From an uncultured Oscillospiraceae bacterium (GTDB lineage Bacteria; Bacillota; Clostridia; Oscillospirales; Oscillospiraceae): 64,000 nt of DNA. This document shows positions 26,691 to 36,065 of the stretch, piece after piece. The translations under genes and the position numbers were made by a program. The DNA lies in assembly GCA_964387095.1 (NCBI GenBank), contig CAYLVH010000001.1, forward strand, positions 1,103 through 65,102. The letters are read 5' to 3'. The notes beneath the pieces are model-generated. The model saw nothing but the letters and a program-made list of their open reading frames with translations. It searched no databases and had not been told where the DNA came from. How positions within the stretch are numbered: the first letter of the stretch is position 1; the number at the start of each line of letters is the position of its first letter.

Positions 26691-29474
26691 TCATTCTTCT
26701 ATTTTCTGCACCAGGCGGCTGCCGGTGCGGGTTCTTGTGACCTGGATTTGATTGGGAATGTTCTCCCGCAGCTCGGCCACATGGGAAATAATCCCCACCA
26801 TCCGGCTGTCCCCCGCCAACTGCATCAGCACCTGAATGGCCTGGCCCAAGGTGACCTCGTCCAGGGAACCGAACCCCTCATCCACGAACATGGCCTCCAG
26901 CCAGATGCCGCCGCTCTCCCGCCGGATCACATCGGATAGGCCCAGGGCCAGGGAGAGGGAGGCCAAAAAGCTCTCGCCGCCGGACAGGGTTTTGACACTG
27001 CGCTCCCGGCCGGTATAATAGTCCAGCACATTCAGATCCAAGCCGGTCTGGCTGCGCTGGTTGGCCGCCTCCCGACTGCGCACCAGCTTGAACTGGCCGG
27101 AGGATAGCTTGAAAAACCGCTGATTTGCCGCCCACAAAATCCGATCGAAATAGGCGGCCTGTAAATACTGCTCGAACGCCAGCTTGGTTGTCCCCTTCAG
27201 GGTGCCATTGGCCGTATCTGCCAGCAGGGTCAGCCTGCTACACCGGGCCTGCCTGGCCTGAAAATCGCCGGTCCGCTTGTTCAGGGCTTGGACACATTCC
27301 CGGTTGCGATCCCGCCGGGCGGTCAGTTGGAGCCTCTCATTGGAAGTTCGATTCCGCCGGGCCTCCACCTCCCTGCGGGACTGTTCCAGCTCTTCCAGCG
27401 CAGCCCCCTGGCCAGGGCTTTGCCGGCTTTCCAGGCCGGCCAGGGTGCCCTCTGCCAGCTTCAGCTCCTGGGTGCAGTTCTGCAGGGCTATCTTCCTGCT
27501 CTCTATCAGCTGTTCCAGCTCTTGAACCCTGCATCTCAGCCCCTCCACCTGCCGGCTCGCCGTCACGGCATCGGCACAGGAAAGGCCTTGGCGCAGGGTT
27601 TTCAACGTTTCGGTCACCACTTTCACCTGAGTCTCCGCCTGATTCCGCGCCGTCTGGCAATTCTCCTGCTCCTCTTCCAGCGCCCTGATCCCTTGCTCAC
27701 TCTCGGCAAGCTCATGGGTCAGCGTCTGCTTCTCCCGCACCCGGCGCAGGGCCTCCGCGCTCTCCTGCCTTGCCTTCTGCTCCGCCCGGTTGCTGGCCTC
27801 CCAGGCCGGGAAGAGCAAAACCGGCCAATCGTCCCGCCGGGCCTCCGGGATCAGCTCCAACGCTTGCCGGAACAGGTTATTGGCCAGGGTTTCCACCCGG
27901 GATTTCTGCTGCCCCGCCGCCACGGACCGGTCCGCCGCCGCCTGCTCCGCCTTGCGCAGCTCCGCCTTCATGCGGTTCAAGGCCTCCTGGGTGGGGGCGC
28001 CCTCCTCCCGCCCGGCGGGAGTGGGATGGTGAGTAGACCCGCAGACGGGACAGGGCTTCCCCTCCGCCAGCGTCTCTGCCAGCAGGCCCGCTTGGCTGGC
28101 TAAAAACAAATGCTCACCATGCTGGGTTAGCTGGCTCTGCTTGTCCTTGGCCCGCAAGGCAGCCCGGAACTCCTCCTGCAGCTGGGACAGCTTCCTCCGC
28201 TCCTCTTTCAGCTTGTCCAGACCGTCGCCCAGTTTCCCCATCCGACGGCTGCGGTCCCCAGCCCGTTCCAGCTCATGGCTCCATTGGGCGGCCTGCACCT
28301 CGGCGCCCTCGTAGGCCGTCAGCCGTTCCGCAAGAGCTGACTGGCTGGCCTTCTTTTCCTCCAGGGCCTTCTTTGCCTGGGCCAGCTTGGTCTCAGCCCT
28401 CTGCTGGTCGGCCTGTGTCTGGCGCAGCTGCTCCTCTGCCTGGGTCAGCCTTTCATAGCGGGGCAGTTCCGCCTCCGCCTGGGCCAGCTTTCGGCGGCTC
28501 TCCTCCAGCTCCGGCTGGCGCCGGGCGGCTTCCTCCGCTTCTTGGGTCAGCTCCCCACGCCGTTGGGTCAGGAGGGCAATCTCCTTCTGACTTTGCAGGA
28601 TTCTTTTCTGACGCTCCGCCGCCTCCCGGGCCAGGGCCAACTCGCCGTCCAGCTTCTCCAGCTGCTGTGCCAACTCCGCTTCTACCCCCTCTGTTGCCAA
28701 GACAGCGGCTTCATCCATCCGCGCCTGCTCCTCCACCAGGGGAATCAGCTGCCTCACCAAATAGGCCCCCGTGTCATCCCGCTGTATCTCCGCCTGAAGG
28801 GTCGCGGCAGCGCTGCCCTCCGGGACCTGAACCCGGGCTGCCTCCTGAAGAATCTGCTGCCGGGCGCTCTCGTACCCCCGCTTCTCCTCCTCCGCCAGCT
28901 CCCGGAGTCGCTTCTGAAGGCGTTGGATATTCCCGGTATTGAACAGCTTCCGCAGGATTTCCGCCCGCTCCCGGCTGTCCGCCTGGAGCAGTCTGCGAAA
29001 GTCCCCCTGGGCGATCATGACGATCTGGCGAAACTGGTTCACATCGATGCCCAGCAGCTGGGTGATTTGATTTGTGGCTTCCCCGGTTTTGGTGGCCAGC
29101 ACAGCCCCGCTATCCACTTCGGTCAAAATTGCTCTGCCCCTCTGGGTTACGAAGCCGTCACCCCGCTTCTTGGGCCTTTGGTAATCCGGATTCCGGGTGA
29201 TGGAGTAGGTCACCCCCCGGTGGGTAAAAATGAGGGTGACGAAGGTCTCCGTCCCCGGCTGGGCATAGTCGCTGCGCAGCATGCTGCCCTGACGGTCGGT
29301 GCCGCTGGAGGCGCCGTACAGGGCAAAGGTAATGGCGTCAAAGATTGTGGTTTTGCCGGCCCCGGTGTCGCCGGTGATTAAGTACAATTTCCCCTGGGAA
29401 AACCGGGTAAAATCCACCACCGTCTCCCCAGCAAATGGGCCAAAGGCGCTCATCGTCAATTTCATGGGCCGCAC
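26691..29474 (-). CDS. sbcC: SbcC / Rad50-like exonuclease ATPase subunit
   Basis: 927 aa with the Walker A motif GDTGAGKTT, a very long coiled coil, the zinc hook CPVCGS, the signature LSGGESF and the Walker B motif FVDEGFGSLD. Confidence 0.9.
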   Translation of the reverse strand: MRPMKLTMSAFGPFAGETVVDFTRFSQGKLYLITGDTGAGKTTIFDAITFALYGASSGTDRQGSMLRSDYAQPGTETFVTLIFTHRGVTYSITRNPDYQRPKKRGDGFVTQRGRAILTEVDSGAVLATKTGEATNQITQLLGIDVNQFRQIVMIAQGDFRRLLQADSRERAEILRKLFNTGNIQRLQKRLRELAEEEKRGYESARQQILQEAARVQVPEGSAAATLQAEIQRDDTGAYLVRQLIPLVEEQARMDEAAVLATEGVEAELAQQLEKLDGELALAREAAERQKRILQSQKEIALLTQRRGELTQEAEEAARRQPELEESRRKLAQAEAELPRYERLTQAEEQLRQTQADQQRAETKLAQAKKALEEKKASQSALAERLTAYEGAEVQAAQWSHELERAGDRSRRMGKLGDGLDKLKEERRKLSQLQEEFRAALRAKDKQSQLTQHGEHLFLASQAGLLAETLAEGKPCPVCGSTHHPTPAGREEGAPTQEALNRMKAELRKAEQAAADRSVAAGQQKSRVETLANNLFRQALELIPEARRDDWPVLLFPAWEASNRAEQKARQESAEALRRVREKQTLTHELAESEQGIRALEEEQENCQTARNQAETQVKVVTETLKTLRQGLSCADAVTASRQVEGLRCRVQELEQLIESRKIALQNCTQELKLAEGTLAGLESRQSPGQGAALEELEQSRREVEARRNRTSNERLQLTARRDRNRECVQALNKRTGDFQARQARCSRLTLLADTANGTLKGTTKLAFEQYLQAAYFDRILWAANQRFFKLSSGQFKLVRSREAANQRSQTGLDLNVLDYYTGRERSVKTLSGGESFLASLSLALGLSDVIRRESGGIWLEAMFVDEGFGSLDEVTLGQAIQVLMQLAGDSRMVGIISHVAELRENIPNQIQVTRTRTGSRLVQKIEE

Positions 29475-29477
29475 AGG

Positions 29478-30605
29478 TCACACCTCCTCGCTGAGCAGCC
29501 GGGCAATCAGCCGGCTGTCTTCCTCGTCCAAAGTCCTTCCCGTCTGCTGCTCAAAAAATGCGGCAAACAGCTGAACCGGATCCCGCTGCTCCAGCGGCTC
29601 TGCCTCCGGCAGGCCCGCCGTCTCCCCTGTCCCCGCAAGGTCCAGCTTCAGCACGTTGGGATAGACTGTGTTCAGCCGCTGCATGGGATCCATGGGGCTG
29701 GAATCAGTGAGGATCACATGGAGATAGTCCTCCCGATTGGCCTGGGAGGATACCTCCGGGGAGATCAGCCTTTCCAATGGCCCCTGGATGCGCCGCAGCT
29801 CCCGCAGGGGCGCCAGGGGCAGCAGCTTCATATCCACCACCCCCCGCCGCTCCAGGGTCACCAGCACCACAGATTTCTGCTGATCCAGCTCGGAGATGGA
29901 ATATTTCAGCGGGGAACCGGAATAGCGCACGGTCTCCCGGCCAATGCTCTGGGGCCTGTGAATATGGCCCAGGGCCACATAGTCAAAGCCGGCAAAGGCG
30001 GCCGCATCCACCTGATCCAGCCCACCCACGGACAGGGTTTCGGAGTCGCTCTGGCCCGGCACCTTCCCGCCGCTGACCACAAATTGATGGGCCACCAACA
30101 CCGTCCGGCGGCTGTGGTCAATCTCGGAACGGTTCAGAACCGCCTTCACCGCCTGGGTATAGTCCTGGACCTGCTCCTCCGGCCAGATGGCCCGGGCATG
30201 GGCCGGCTTCAGGAAGGGCAACAGATAGACATCCACCGGTCCGAATTTATCCTCCAAAGTCACCGGCTCCAACGGGCCAGATAGCACCGGGGACACATAA
30301 ACACCCCGGGATTTCATCAGCTGACCGCCGTAAGCCACTCGCTGGGGTGAATCGTGATTCCCTGCGGTCAACAGGCAGGGGATCCCCTGGTCCGCCGCCC
30401 GGGTCAAGAACTGATCCAGCAGCCTTACCGCCTCAGCGGAGGGGTCGTTTCGGTCATAAATGTCCCCGGCAATTAGCAGGGCATCCACACGCTCTGCCTG
30501 AGCCAGCTGTAAAATTTGATCCAAGATATGGGCCTGATCCTCCAGCAGGGAATAGCTGTGCAGCCGGCGTCCCAGGTGCAGATCAGAGCAGTGCAGGAAT
30601 TTCAT
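29478..30605 (-). CDS. sbcD: SbcD / Mre11-like nuclease subunit
   Basis: MKFLHCSDLHLGRRL, GDIYDR, GNHDS and GHIH are the calcineurin-like phosphoesterase motifs. Its stop lies 3 nt before the sbcC start. Confidence 0.9.
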   Translation of the reverse strand: MKFLHCSDLHLGRRLHSYSLLEDQAHILDQILQLAQAERVDALLIAGDIYDRNDPSAEAVRLLDQFLTRAADQGIPCLLTAGNHDSPQRVAYGGQLMKSRGVYVSPVLSGPLEPVTLEDKFGPVDVYLLPFLKPAHARAIWPEEQVQDYTQAVKAVLNRSEIDHSRRTVLVAHQFVVSGGKVPGQSDSETLSVGGLDQVDAAAFAGFDYVALGHIHRPQSIGRETVRYSGSPLKYSISELDQQKSVVLVTLERRGVVDMKLLPLAPLRELRRIQGPLERLISPEVSSQANREDYLHVILTDSSPMDPMQRLNTVYPNVLKLDLAGTGETAGLPEAEPLEQRDPVQLFAAFFEQQTGRTLDEEDSRLIARLLSEEV

Positions 30606-30740
30606 ATCCAGTCCCTCCAGATTGGTTTCCTTCCCTTGATGCTAACACAGGTTTTTTCAGAACTCAAGGGCGCAGCTTGCAAATTCTTGCTAAATCTTTT
30701 CCCTTTTCCCTGGGACACCCCACGAAATCCAGATTTATTC

Positions 30741-30769
30741 TTGTATTTTCCTGCAAAATGGAATACAAT
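30741..30769 (+). promoter_or_regulatory. promoter TTGTAT-17-TACAAT upstream of asp23-like gene
   Basis: TTGTAT at 30741-30746 and TACAAT at 30764-30769. Confidence 0.5.
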
Positions 30770-30844
30770 ACATACCATGAAACCGAATATCTGCGGCACC
30801 CTCCTCCCCGGAGGGCGGCTGCTGTGTGGAAAGGAAGATATCGC

Positions 30845-31195
30845 ATGAAATTCGAAACCCGGAACGGTCAGATCTCCATCAGCAACGACGTGTTCACCAA
30901 CGTGGCCGGTGCTGCCGCGATCAACTGCTTTGGCGTAAAAGGCATGGCGGTGCGCTCAAAGACCGATGGCCTGGTCCACCTGCTGCGGCGGGAATCCATG
31001 TCCAAGGGTGTGAAGATCATCTACAATGAGGATAACACTGTCTCCATTGAGCTCCACATCATCGTGGACAATGGCGTGAATTTGACCGCCCTTTGCCGCT
31101 CCATTATGAACGAAGTGAAATACAAGGTCAGCCAGGCCACCGGCGCCACGGTTCACAGCGTGGACGTCTGCGTGGATTCTATGTTGTTGGGTTAA
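30845..31195 (+). CDS. Asp23/Gls24-family envelope stress protein
   Basis: Only the last 116 aa of track ORF 30347..31195 are plausible: MKFETRNGQISISNDVFTNVAGAAAINCFGVKGM... is the family signature. Confidence 0.8.
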   Translation: MKFETRNGQISISNDVFTNVAGAAAINCFGVKGMAVRSKTDGLVHLLRRESMSKGVKIIYNEDNTVSIELHIIVDNGVNLTALCRSIMNEVKYKVSQATGATVHSVDVCVDSMLLG

Positions 31196-31225
31196 TCGAC
31201 CGCTTTGGAAGGAAGAAGAAATACA

Positions 31226-32935
31226 ATGAAAAAAACAATTGACGGCTCCATTTTCTGCCAGATGGTGATCCATGCCTCCGCCTCCCTGAATCTGCAAAAA
31301 CAAGTCATCAATGATTTAAACGTTTTCCCTGTGCCCGACGGAGACACCGGCACCAACATGAGCCTGACCATCGGCACCGCCGCCGCGGAGCTGGCCAAAA
31401 AGCAGCCTACCGGGATCGGCAAGGCTGCCTTCCTCAACGCCAGCGCCCTGCTGCGGGGGGCAAGAGGCAATTCCGGCGTGATTCTGTCCCTGCTCTTCCG
31501 GGGCTTTGCCAAGGCCCTGAAGGAGAAGGAGGAGATCGACGGCGTCGAGTTTGCGGAGGCCCTGAATGAAGGCGTCACCGCCGCCTATTCCGCCGTTATG
31601 AAGCCCGCCGAGGGCACCATTTTGACTGTCTCCCGCCTGTCCGCCGCCCGGGCAACCAACGCGTCGGAGAAAAACCCCGCCGTGGAGTATGTCCTGGCTG
31701 AGACAATCAAGGCCGGCGAGGCGGCGCTGGAAAACACCATCAACCAGAATCCGGTCCTGAAAAAGGCTGGTGTCGTGGATGCAGGGGGTAAGGGCTATTT
31801 AGTCATCCTGCAGGGCATGCTGGATGAATTGAAGGGCAAGAAAATGCCCAAGGCCCCCAAGGCGGAGGCCGCCCCTGAGGAAAAGGCTGATTTTTCAGCC
31901 CTGTCCTATGAGGAGATCACCTTTACCTATGACACCGTGTTCATCGTGCGCAAATCCTCGGGTTGTTCCCTGAAGGCCTTCCGGGACTATCTGAACCGCA
32001 TCGGTGACAGCCTGGTCATCGGCGAGGACGACGACTTCTTCAAGGTCCATGTCCACACCGACATTCCCGGCGCCGCGCTCACCGAAGCCCAGAAATACGG
32101 CACCCTGGAGCTTGCTAAGATTGAAAATATGCGCACCCAATACGAGGACCTGGCGGCCGGACGGAAGGCAATCAGCACCGACGATCTTGACGCGGTAGAG
32201 GCTGACCTGGAGGGATCCGCCCAGGAAACGCCCTCCCAGGAATCCGAGGAGGAGCGTTGGATTGCGGAACCTGAAAAAAAATACGGCTTTGTCACAGTCT
32301 GTGCCGGCTCCGGTTTAGAAGCGGTATTCCAGGATCTGGGCGCCGACGGTGTGATCTCCGGCGGCCAGACCATGAATCCCTCCACCGCCGACATCCTAAA
32401 AGTCATCGACCACACCCCTGCCGAGGTGGTGTTTGTTCTGCCCAATAACAAGAACATCATTATGGCCGCACAGCAGTGCATCAAAATCTCCAAGGAAAAA
32501 AAGGTCATCGTCATCCCCTCCGCCACCGTTCCCCAGGGCATCGCCGCCATGATGGCGGTGGATCCTGACGCCTCAGAGACGGACAATCAGGCCGCTATGG
32601 AGGCGGCCATTGGCCGGGTGCGCACCGCGCAGATCACTTATGCGGCCCGGGATTCCGATCTGGACGACTTCGATATCCAGGCCGGTGATTACCTGGCCAT
32701 CCAGGACGGTAAACTGTTCGGCTCCCAAAAGGACATCTACCAACTGCTGGACACCCTGGCTCACAACGACGCCCAGCAGAGCGCCGAGTTTATCACCCTG
32801 TTCTATGGCGAGAACGTCACCAAGGAGCAGGCGGAGAAGGCCTTGGAAATTTTCACCGCAGCCTGCCCGGAGGCGGAGGTTTCCGTCCTGCCCGGCGGCC
32901 AGCCCGTCTATTATTATATGATTTCTGCTGAATAA
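31226..32935 (+). CDS. DAK2 domain fusion protein (YloV type)
   Basis: ORF track 31205..32935; the start is ATG 31226 (MKKTIDGS). NDLNVFPVPDGDTGTNM is the DAK2 motif, and the C-terminal half is DegV-like. Confidence 0.85.
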   Translation: MKKTIDGSIFCQMVIHASASLNLQKQVINDLNVFPVPDGDTGTNMSLTIGTAAAELAKKQPTGIGKAAFLNASALLRGARGNSGVILSLLFRGFAKALKEKEEIDGVEFAEALNEGVTAAYSAVMKPAEGTILTVSRLSAARATNASEKNPAVEYVLAETIKAGEAALENTINQNPVLKKAGVVDAGGKGYLVILQGMLDELKGKKMPKAPKAEAAPEEKADFSALSYEEITFTYDTVFIVRKSSGCSLKAFRDYLNRIGDSLVIGEDDDFFKVHVHTDIPGAALTEAQKYGTLELAKIENMRTQYEDLAAGRKAISTDDLDAVEADLEGSAQETPSQESEEERWIAEPEKKYGFVTVCAGSGLEAVFQDLGADGVISGGQTMNPSTADILKVIDHTPAEVVFVLPNNKNIIMAAQQCIKISKEKKVIVIPSATVPQGIAAMMAVDPDASETDNQAAMEAAIGRVRTAQITYAARDSDLDDFDIQAGDYLAIQDGKLFGSQKDIYQLLDTLAHNDAQQSAEFITLFYGENVTKEQAEKALEIFTAACPEAEVSVLPGGQPVYYYMISAE

Positions 32936-33026
32936 CCGAACTGCCAAGCCAAGCGGAGAGCCTTTGGTTCTTCGCTTGCTTCCCCTTCCGTTTTCGCATA
33001 CTAAGTATTAGAGGAGGAATTTTCCC

Positions 33027-34256
33027 ATGACCCAAGCAATGCTAGAAAAGTACGCACACCTGATTGTCAAAAGCGGCCTGAATATCCAACCCGGCCAGCG
33101 GGTGAACATCTCGATTGCCGTTGACCAGTATCCCTTCGCCGCCCTGCTCACCGAAGAGTGCTACAAGGCCGGCGCCAGCTATGTCACCATCGACTGGAGC
33201 TTTTCAGGCAAGTCAGTTTTGGACTATACCTACGCATCCCTGGAGACCCTGACCACCACTTACCCCTGGGAGGAGGCCAAGGCAGAACAGATGGTAAAGG
33301 ATCTGCCCTGCCGCCTGGTGATCCACTCCGAGGACCCAGATGCCCTGGCAGGCGTCTCCTCTGAGAAGGTCACCAAATCCTCTCAGGCCCGCACAGCCAT
33401 GATGAAGCCCTACCGCAACCAGATGGACGGCAAGTTTCAGTGGGTGATCGCCGCCGCTGCCTCCCCCGCCTGGGCCAAGAAGGTCTTCCCTGACCTGCCC
33501 GAGGACAAGGCTGTGGAGGCGCTTTGGGACACTATTATGGCCACCTGCTACGTCACCGAGGACAATGACCCCATCGCCGCCCGGGTGGCTCACGACGAGT
33601 TCACCCAGGCCAAAGCCAGATGGCTGAATGAGCAGAACTTTACCTCCCTGCGCTATCACGCCTCCAACGGCACAGACTTCACTGTGGGACTGATTCCCGG
33701 CGCACGTTGGGGCGCGGCCGGTGAAATTAACGGCGTCAACGGCGCCTTCTATGTGCCCAACATGCCCACCGAGGAGGTCTTCACCTCCCCCATGGCCGGC
33801 GTCTGCGACGGCACCCTGGTGGCCACCAAGCCCCTGTCCTGGAACAGCCAGATCATTGACAAGTTCTCCATCACCTTTGAAAGCGGCCGGGCTGTCTCCT
33901 GCAAAGCACAGGTGGGCCAGGACATCCTGGAAAAGATGATCCACATGGACGATACCGCCTGTATGCTGGGGGAGGTGGCCCTGGTTCCCAAGGAATCTCC
34001 CATCAACCAGAGCGGACTGCTGTTTTACAGCACCCTGTTCGACGAAAACGCCGCCTGCCATGTAGCCCTGGGCCGGGGCTTCAAGGAAGCGCTCCCCGGC
34101 GGCGAGGATATGACCGTGGCCGAGGCACAGGAGCATGGCATCAACGACTCCCTGATTCATGTGGACTTCATGGTGGGCTCTGACGATCTGGAAATTATAG
34201 GCATCCAGCAGGATGGCACCCAGATCCCCATCTTCTTGAACGGCACCTGGGCGTAA
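33027..34256 (+). CDS. M29-family aminopeptidase (AmpS/PepS type)
   Basis: 409 aa, MTQAMLEKYAHLIVKSGLNIQPGQRV...NMPTEEVFTSP...HVALGRGF. Confidence 0.8.
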   Translation: MTQAMLEKYAHLIVKSGLNIQPGQRVNISIAVDQYPFAALLTEECYKAGASYVTIDWSFSGKSVLDYTYASLETLTTTYPWEEAKAEQMVKDLPCRLVIHSEDPDALAGVSSEKVTKSSQARTAMMKPYRNQMDGKFQWVIAAAASPAWAKKVFPDLPEDKAVEALWDTIMATCYVTEDNDPIAARVAHDEFTQAKARWLNEQNFTSLRYHASNGTDFTVGLIPGARWGAAGEINGVNGAFYVPNMPTEEVFTSPMAGVCDGTLVATKPLSWNSQIIDKFSITFESGRAVSCKAQVGQDILEKMIHMDDTACMLGEVALVPKESPINQSGLLFYSTLFDENAACHVALGRGFKEALPGGEDMTVAEAQEHGINDSLIHVDFMVGSDDLEIIGIQQDGTQIPIFLNGTWA

Positions 34257-35779
34257 TGGCGATCCATTCCAGCTCCAAGCTGGAGGTCTTGCGCCAGGTA
34301 TACGGTTATCATTCCTTTCGCCCCGGTCAGGAGGAACTGATCGATGTGCTTCTCTCCGGCCGGGACGCCCTGGGCATCATGCCCACCGGTAGCGGCAAGT
34401 CCATCTGCTATCAGCTGCCTGCCCTCATGCTGCCTGGAATCACCTTGGTGGTCTCCCCCCTGATTTCCCTGATGTGCGATCAGGTGCAGGCTCTGGTGCA
34501 GCTGGGTGTTCGGGGCGCGTATCTGAACAGCGCACTCAGCCCCAGGCAGCTGCAAAGGGCGCTGGACAACGCCTGCCAGGGAATGTACAAGATCATTTAC
34601 CTGGCGCCGGAGCGGCTGAACACCGCCGGTGTCCGCCGCCTGGTGGAAACCCTGCCCATTTCTATGGTCTGCGTGGATGAGGCCCACTGTGTCTCCCAAT
34701 GGGGCCAGGATTTCCGCCCCAGCTATCTGGAAATTCCTAAGTTCATCCGCTCCCTGCCAGAGCGCCCCACCCTGGCTGCTTTTACCGCCACCGCAACCCC
34801 CCGGGTCCGGACGGATATAGAAGCCCTGCTGGAGTTGTCCCACCCCTTGGTTACCGTCACCGGCTTTGACCGGCCCAACCTGTACTTTGAGGTGCAGCGC
34901 CCCCAGGACAAATTCGATGCCCTGGTGGCCTGCTTGGAGCGGCACCAGAAGCAGAGCGGCATTGTCTACTGCCTGACCCGCAAAGAGGTGGAGACGGTCC
35001 ACCAGCGGCTGTGCTCCATCGGCTACCAGGCCGCCCGCTACCACGCGGGCTTGACACCTGAAGATCGGACCGCCAGCCAGGAGGATTTTATTTTCGACCG
35101 CAAGCCCATTATTGTGGCCACCAACGCCTTCGGTATGGGCATAGACAAGTCCAACGTCTCCTTCGTCATCCACTACAACATGCCCAAAGATTTGGAAAGC
35201 TACTATCAGGAGGCCGGCCGCGCCGGGCGGGACGGCTCCCAGGCGGACTGCATCCTTCTCTACTCCAGACGGGACGTAAAGATCAACGAGTTTATGATTG
35301 AGCAGGACGACGGCCAGGACACTGTGGACCCCAAGGTCCGGGAATTTCTTCGATCCCAGGAGCTGCTCTGGCTCCACCGGATGGTCAGTTACTCCACCCA
35401 GTCCGGCTGCCTGCGCAATTACCTGCTGACCTATTTTGGAGAAAAGCCCACCCGCCGCTGCGGCAACTGCTCCTCCTGTCGACGGATGACCGCCAACCAG
35501 GCGAGGGCCGCCGCAGGCCATTCACCCCCAGTTCAAATCTCCTCTGGGACGAAGGCGCGGTTCTCCGCTCTGGATGACGAACGGGCAAGGCTGGCCCGCC
35601 GCAGCGGCGTGGCCCCCTTCAACATTTTCACAGATCTGACCCTTCAGGAGATGGCAAGGGAGCGGCCGGAAAACGAATTCCAACTGATTCAGATTTCCGG
35701 CGTCACCCGTGCAAAGTGCAGCCGCTACGGCAGGGCCTTTCTCCGGGTCATCGCGCGGTTTTCGGAGGACAACCCATGA
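34256..35779 (+). CDS. recQ: ATP-dependent DNA helicase RecQ (short form with HRDC)
   Basis: PTGSGKS, VDEAHCVSQWGQDFRP, TNAFGMGIDK and YYQEAGRAGRDG motifs, with a C-terminal HRDC-like region. Its start overlaps the upstream stop (TAATG). Confidence 0.88.
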   Translation: MAIHSSSKLEVLRQVYGYHSFRPGQEELIDVLLSGRDALGIMPTGSGKSICYQLPALMLPGITLVVSPLISLMCDQVQALVQLGVRGAYLNSALSPRQLQRALDNACQGMYKIIYLAPERLNTAGVRRLVETLPISMVCVDEAHCVSQWGQDFRPSYLEIPKFIRSLPERPTLAAFTATATPRVRTDIEALLELSHPLVTVTGFDRPNLYFEVQRPQDKFDALVACLERHQKQSGIVYCLTRKEVETVHQRLCSIGYQAARYHAGLTPEDRTASQEDFIFDRKPIIVATNAFGMGIDKSNVSFVIHYNMPKDLESYYQEAGRAGRDGSQADCILLYSRRDVKINEFMIEQDDGQDTVDPKVREFLRSQELLWLHRMVSYSTQSGCLRNYLLTYFGEKPTRRCGNCSSCRRMTANQARAAAGHSPPVQISSGTKARFSALDDERARLARRSGVAPFNIFTDLTLQEMARERPENEFQLIQISGVTRAKCSRYGRAFLRVIARFSEDNP

Positions 35780-35998
35780 ATTACATCATCATTCACCGCA
35801 TAGAGGGCAGCTATGCTGTGGCGGAACTGCCTGACGGCCATCTGGAGAACATCCCCCTGGCTGAGTTGCCCCAGGGCGTCCGGGAGGGCTGGCTCCTGAT
35901 CTCTACCCCGAGGGGCGAGGTTGGATACTCAAGGCACTGCCCAGGCTCAGGTAAGCGCCAGAAAGAAGCTGGACAGCCTGTTGAAAAAGCGCGAATAG
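35776..35998 (+). pseudogene. DUF3006-like small protein, apparently frameshifted
   Basis: MNYIIIHRIEGSYAVAELPDGHLENIPLAELPQGVREGWLLI fits DUF3006. The family-like C-terminus LDTQGTAQAQVSARKKLDSLLKKRE-stop (stop 35996-35998) is in the +1 frame. The track ORF instead runs through the terminator into the antisense of the ATPase gene. Confidence 0.55.
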
Positions 35999-36011
35999 AT
36001 TTTATGAGAGG

Positions 36012-36048
36012 AAAAGACCTATGCGGCCGAAGCCGCACAGGTCTTTTT
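36012..36048. terminator. bidirectional terminator between the recQ unit and the metal ATPase
   Basis: 15-bp stem (one mismatch) AAAGACCTATGCGGC / GCCGCACAGGTCTTT, flanked by an A-run and a T-run. Confidence 0.85.
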
Positions 36049-36065
36049 GTGCTTTATCCTTGGAT

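Noticed and set aside
27125-29381. Several 80-280-aa plus-strand ORFs inside sbcC
   Set aside because: They lie antisense to the SbcC coiled-coil region. They are Pro/Ala/Gly/Leu-rich and have no RBS.
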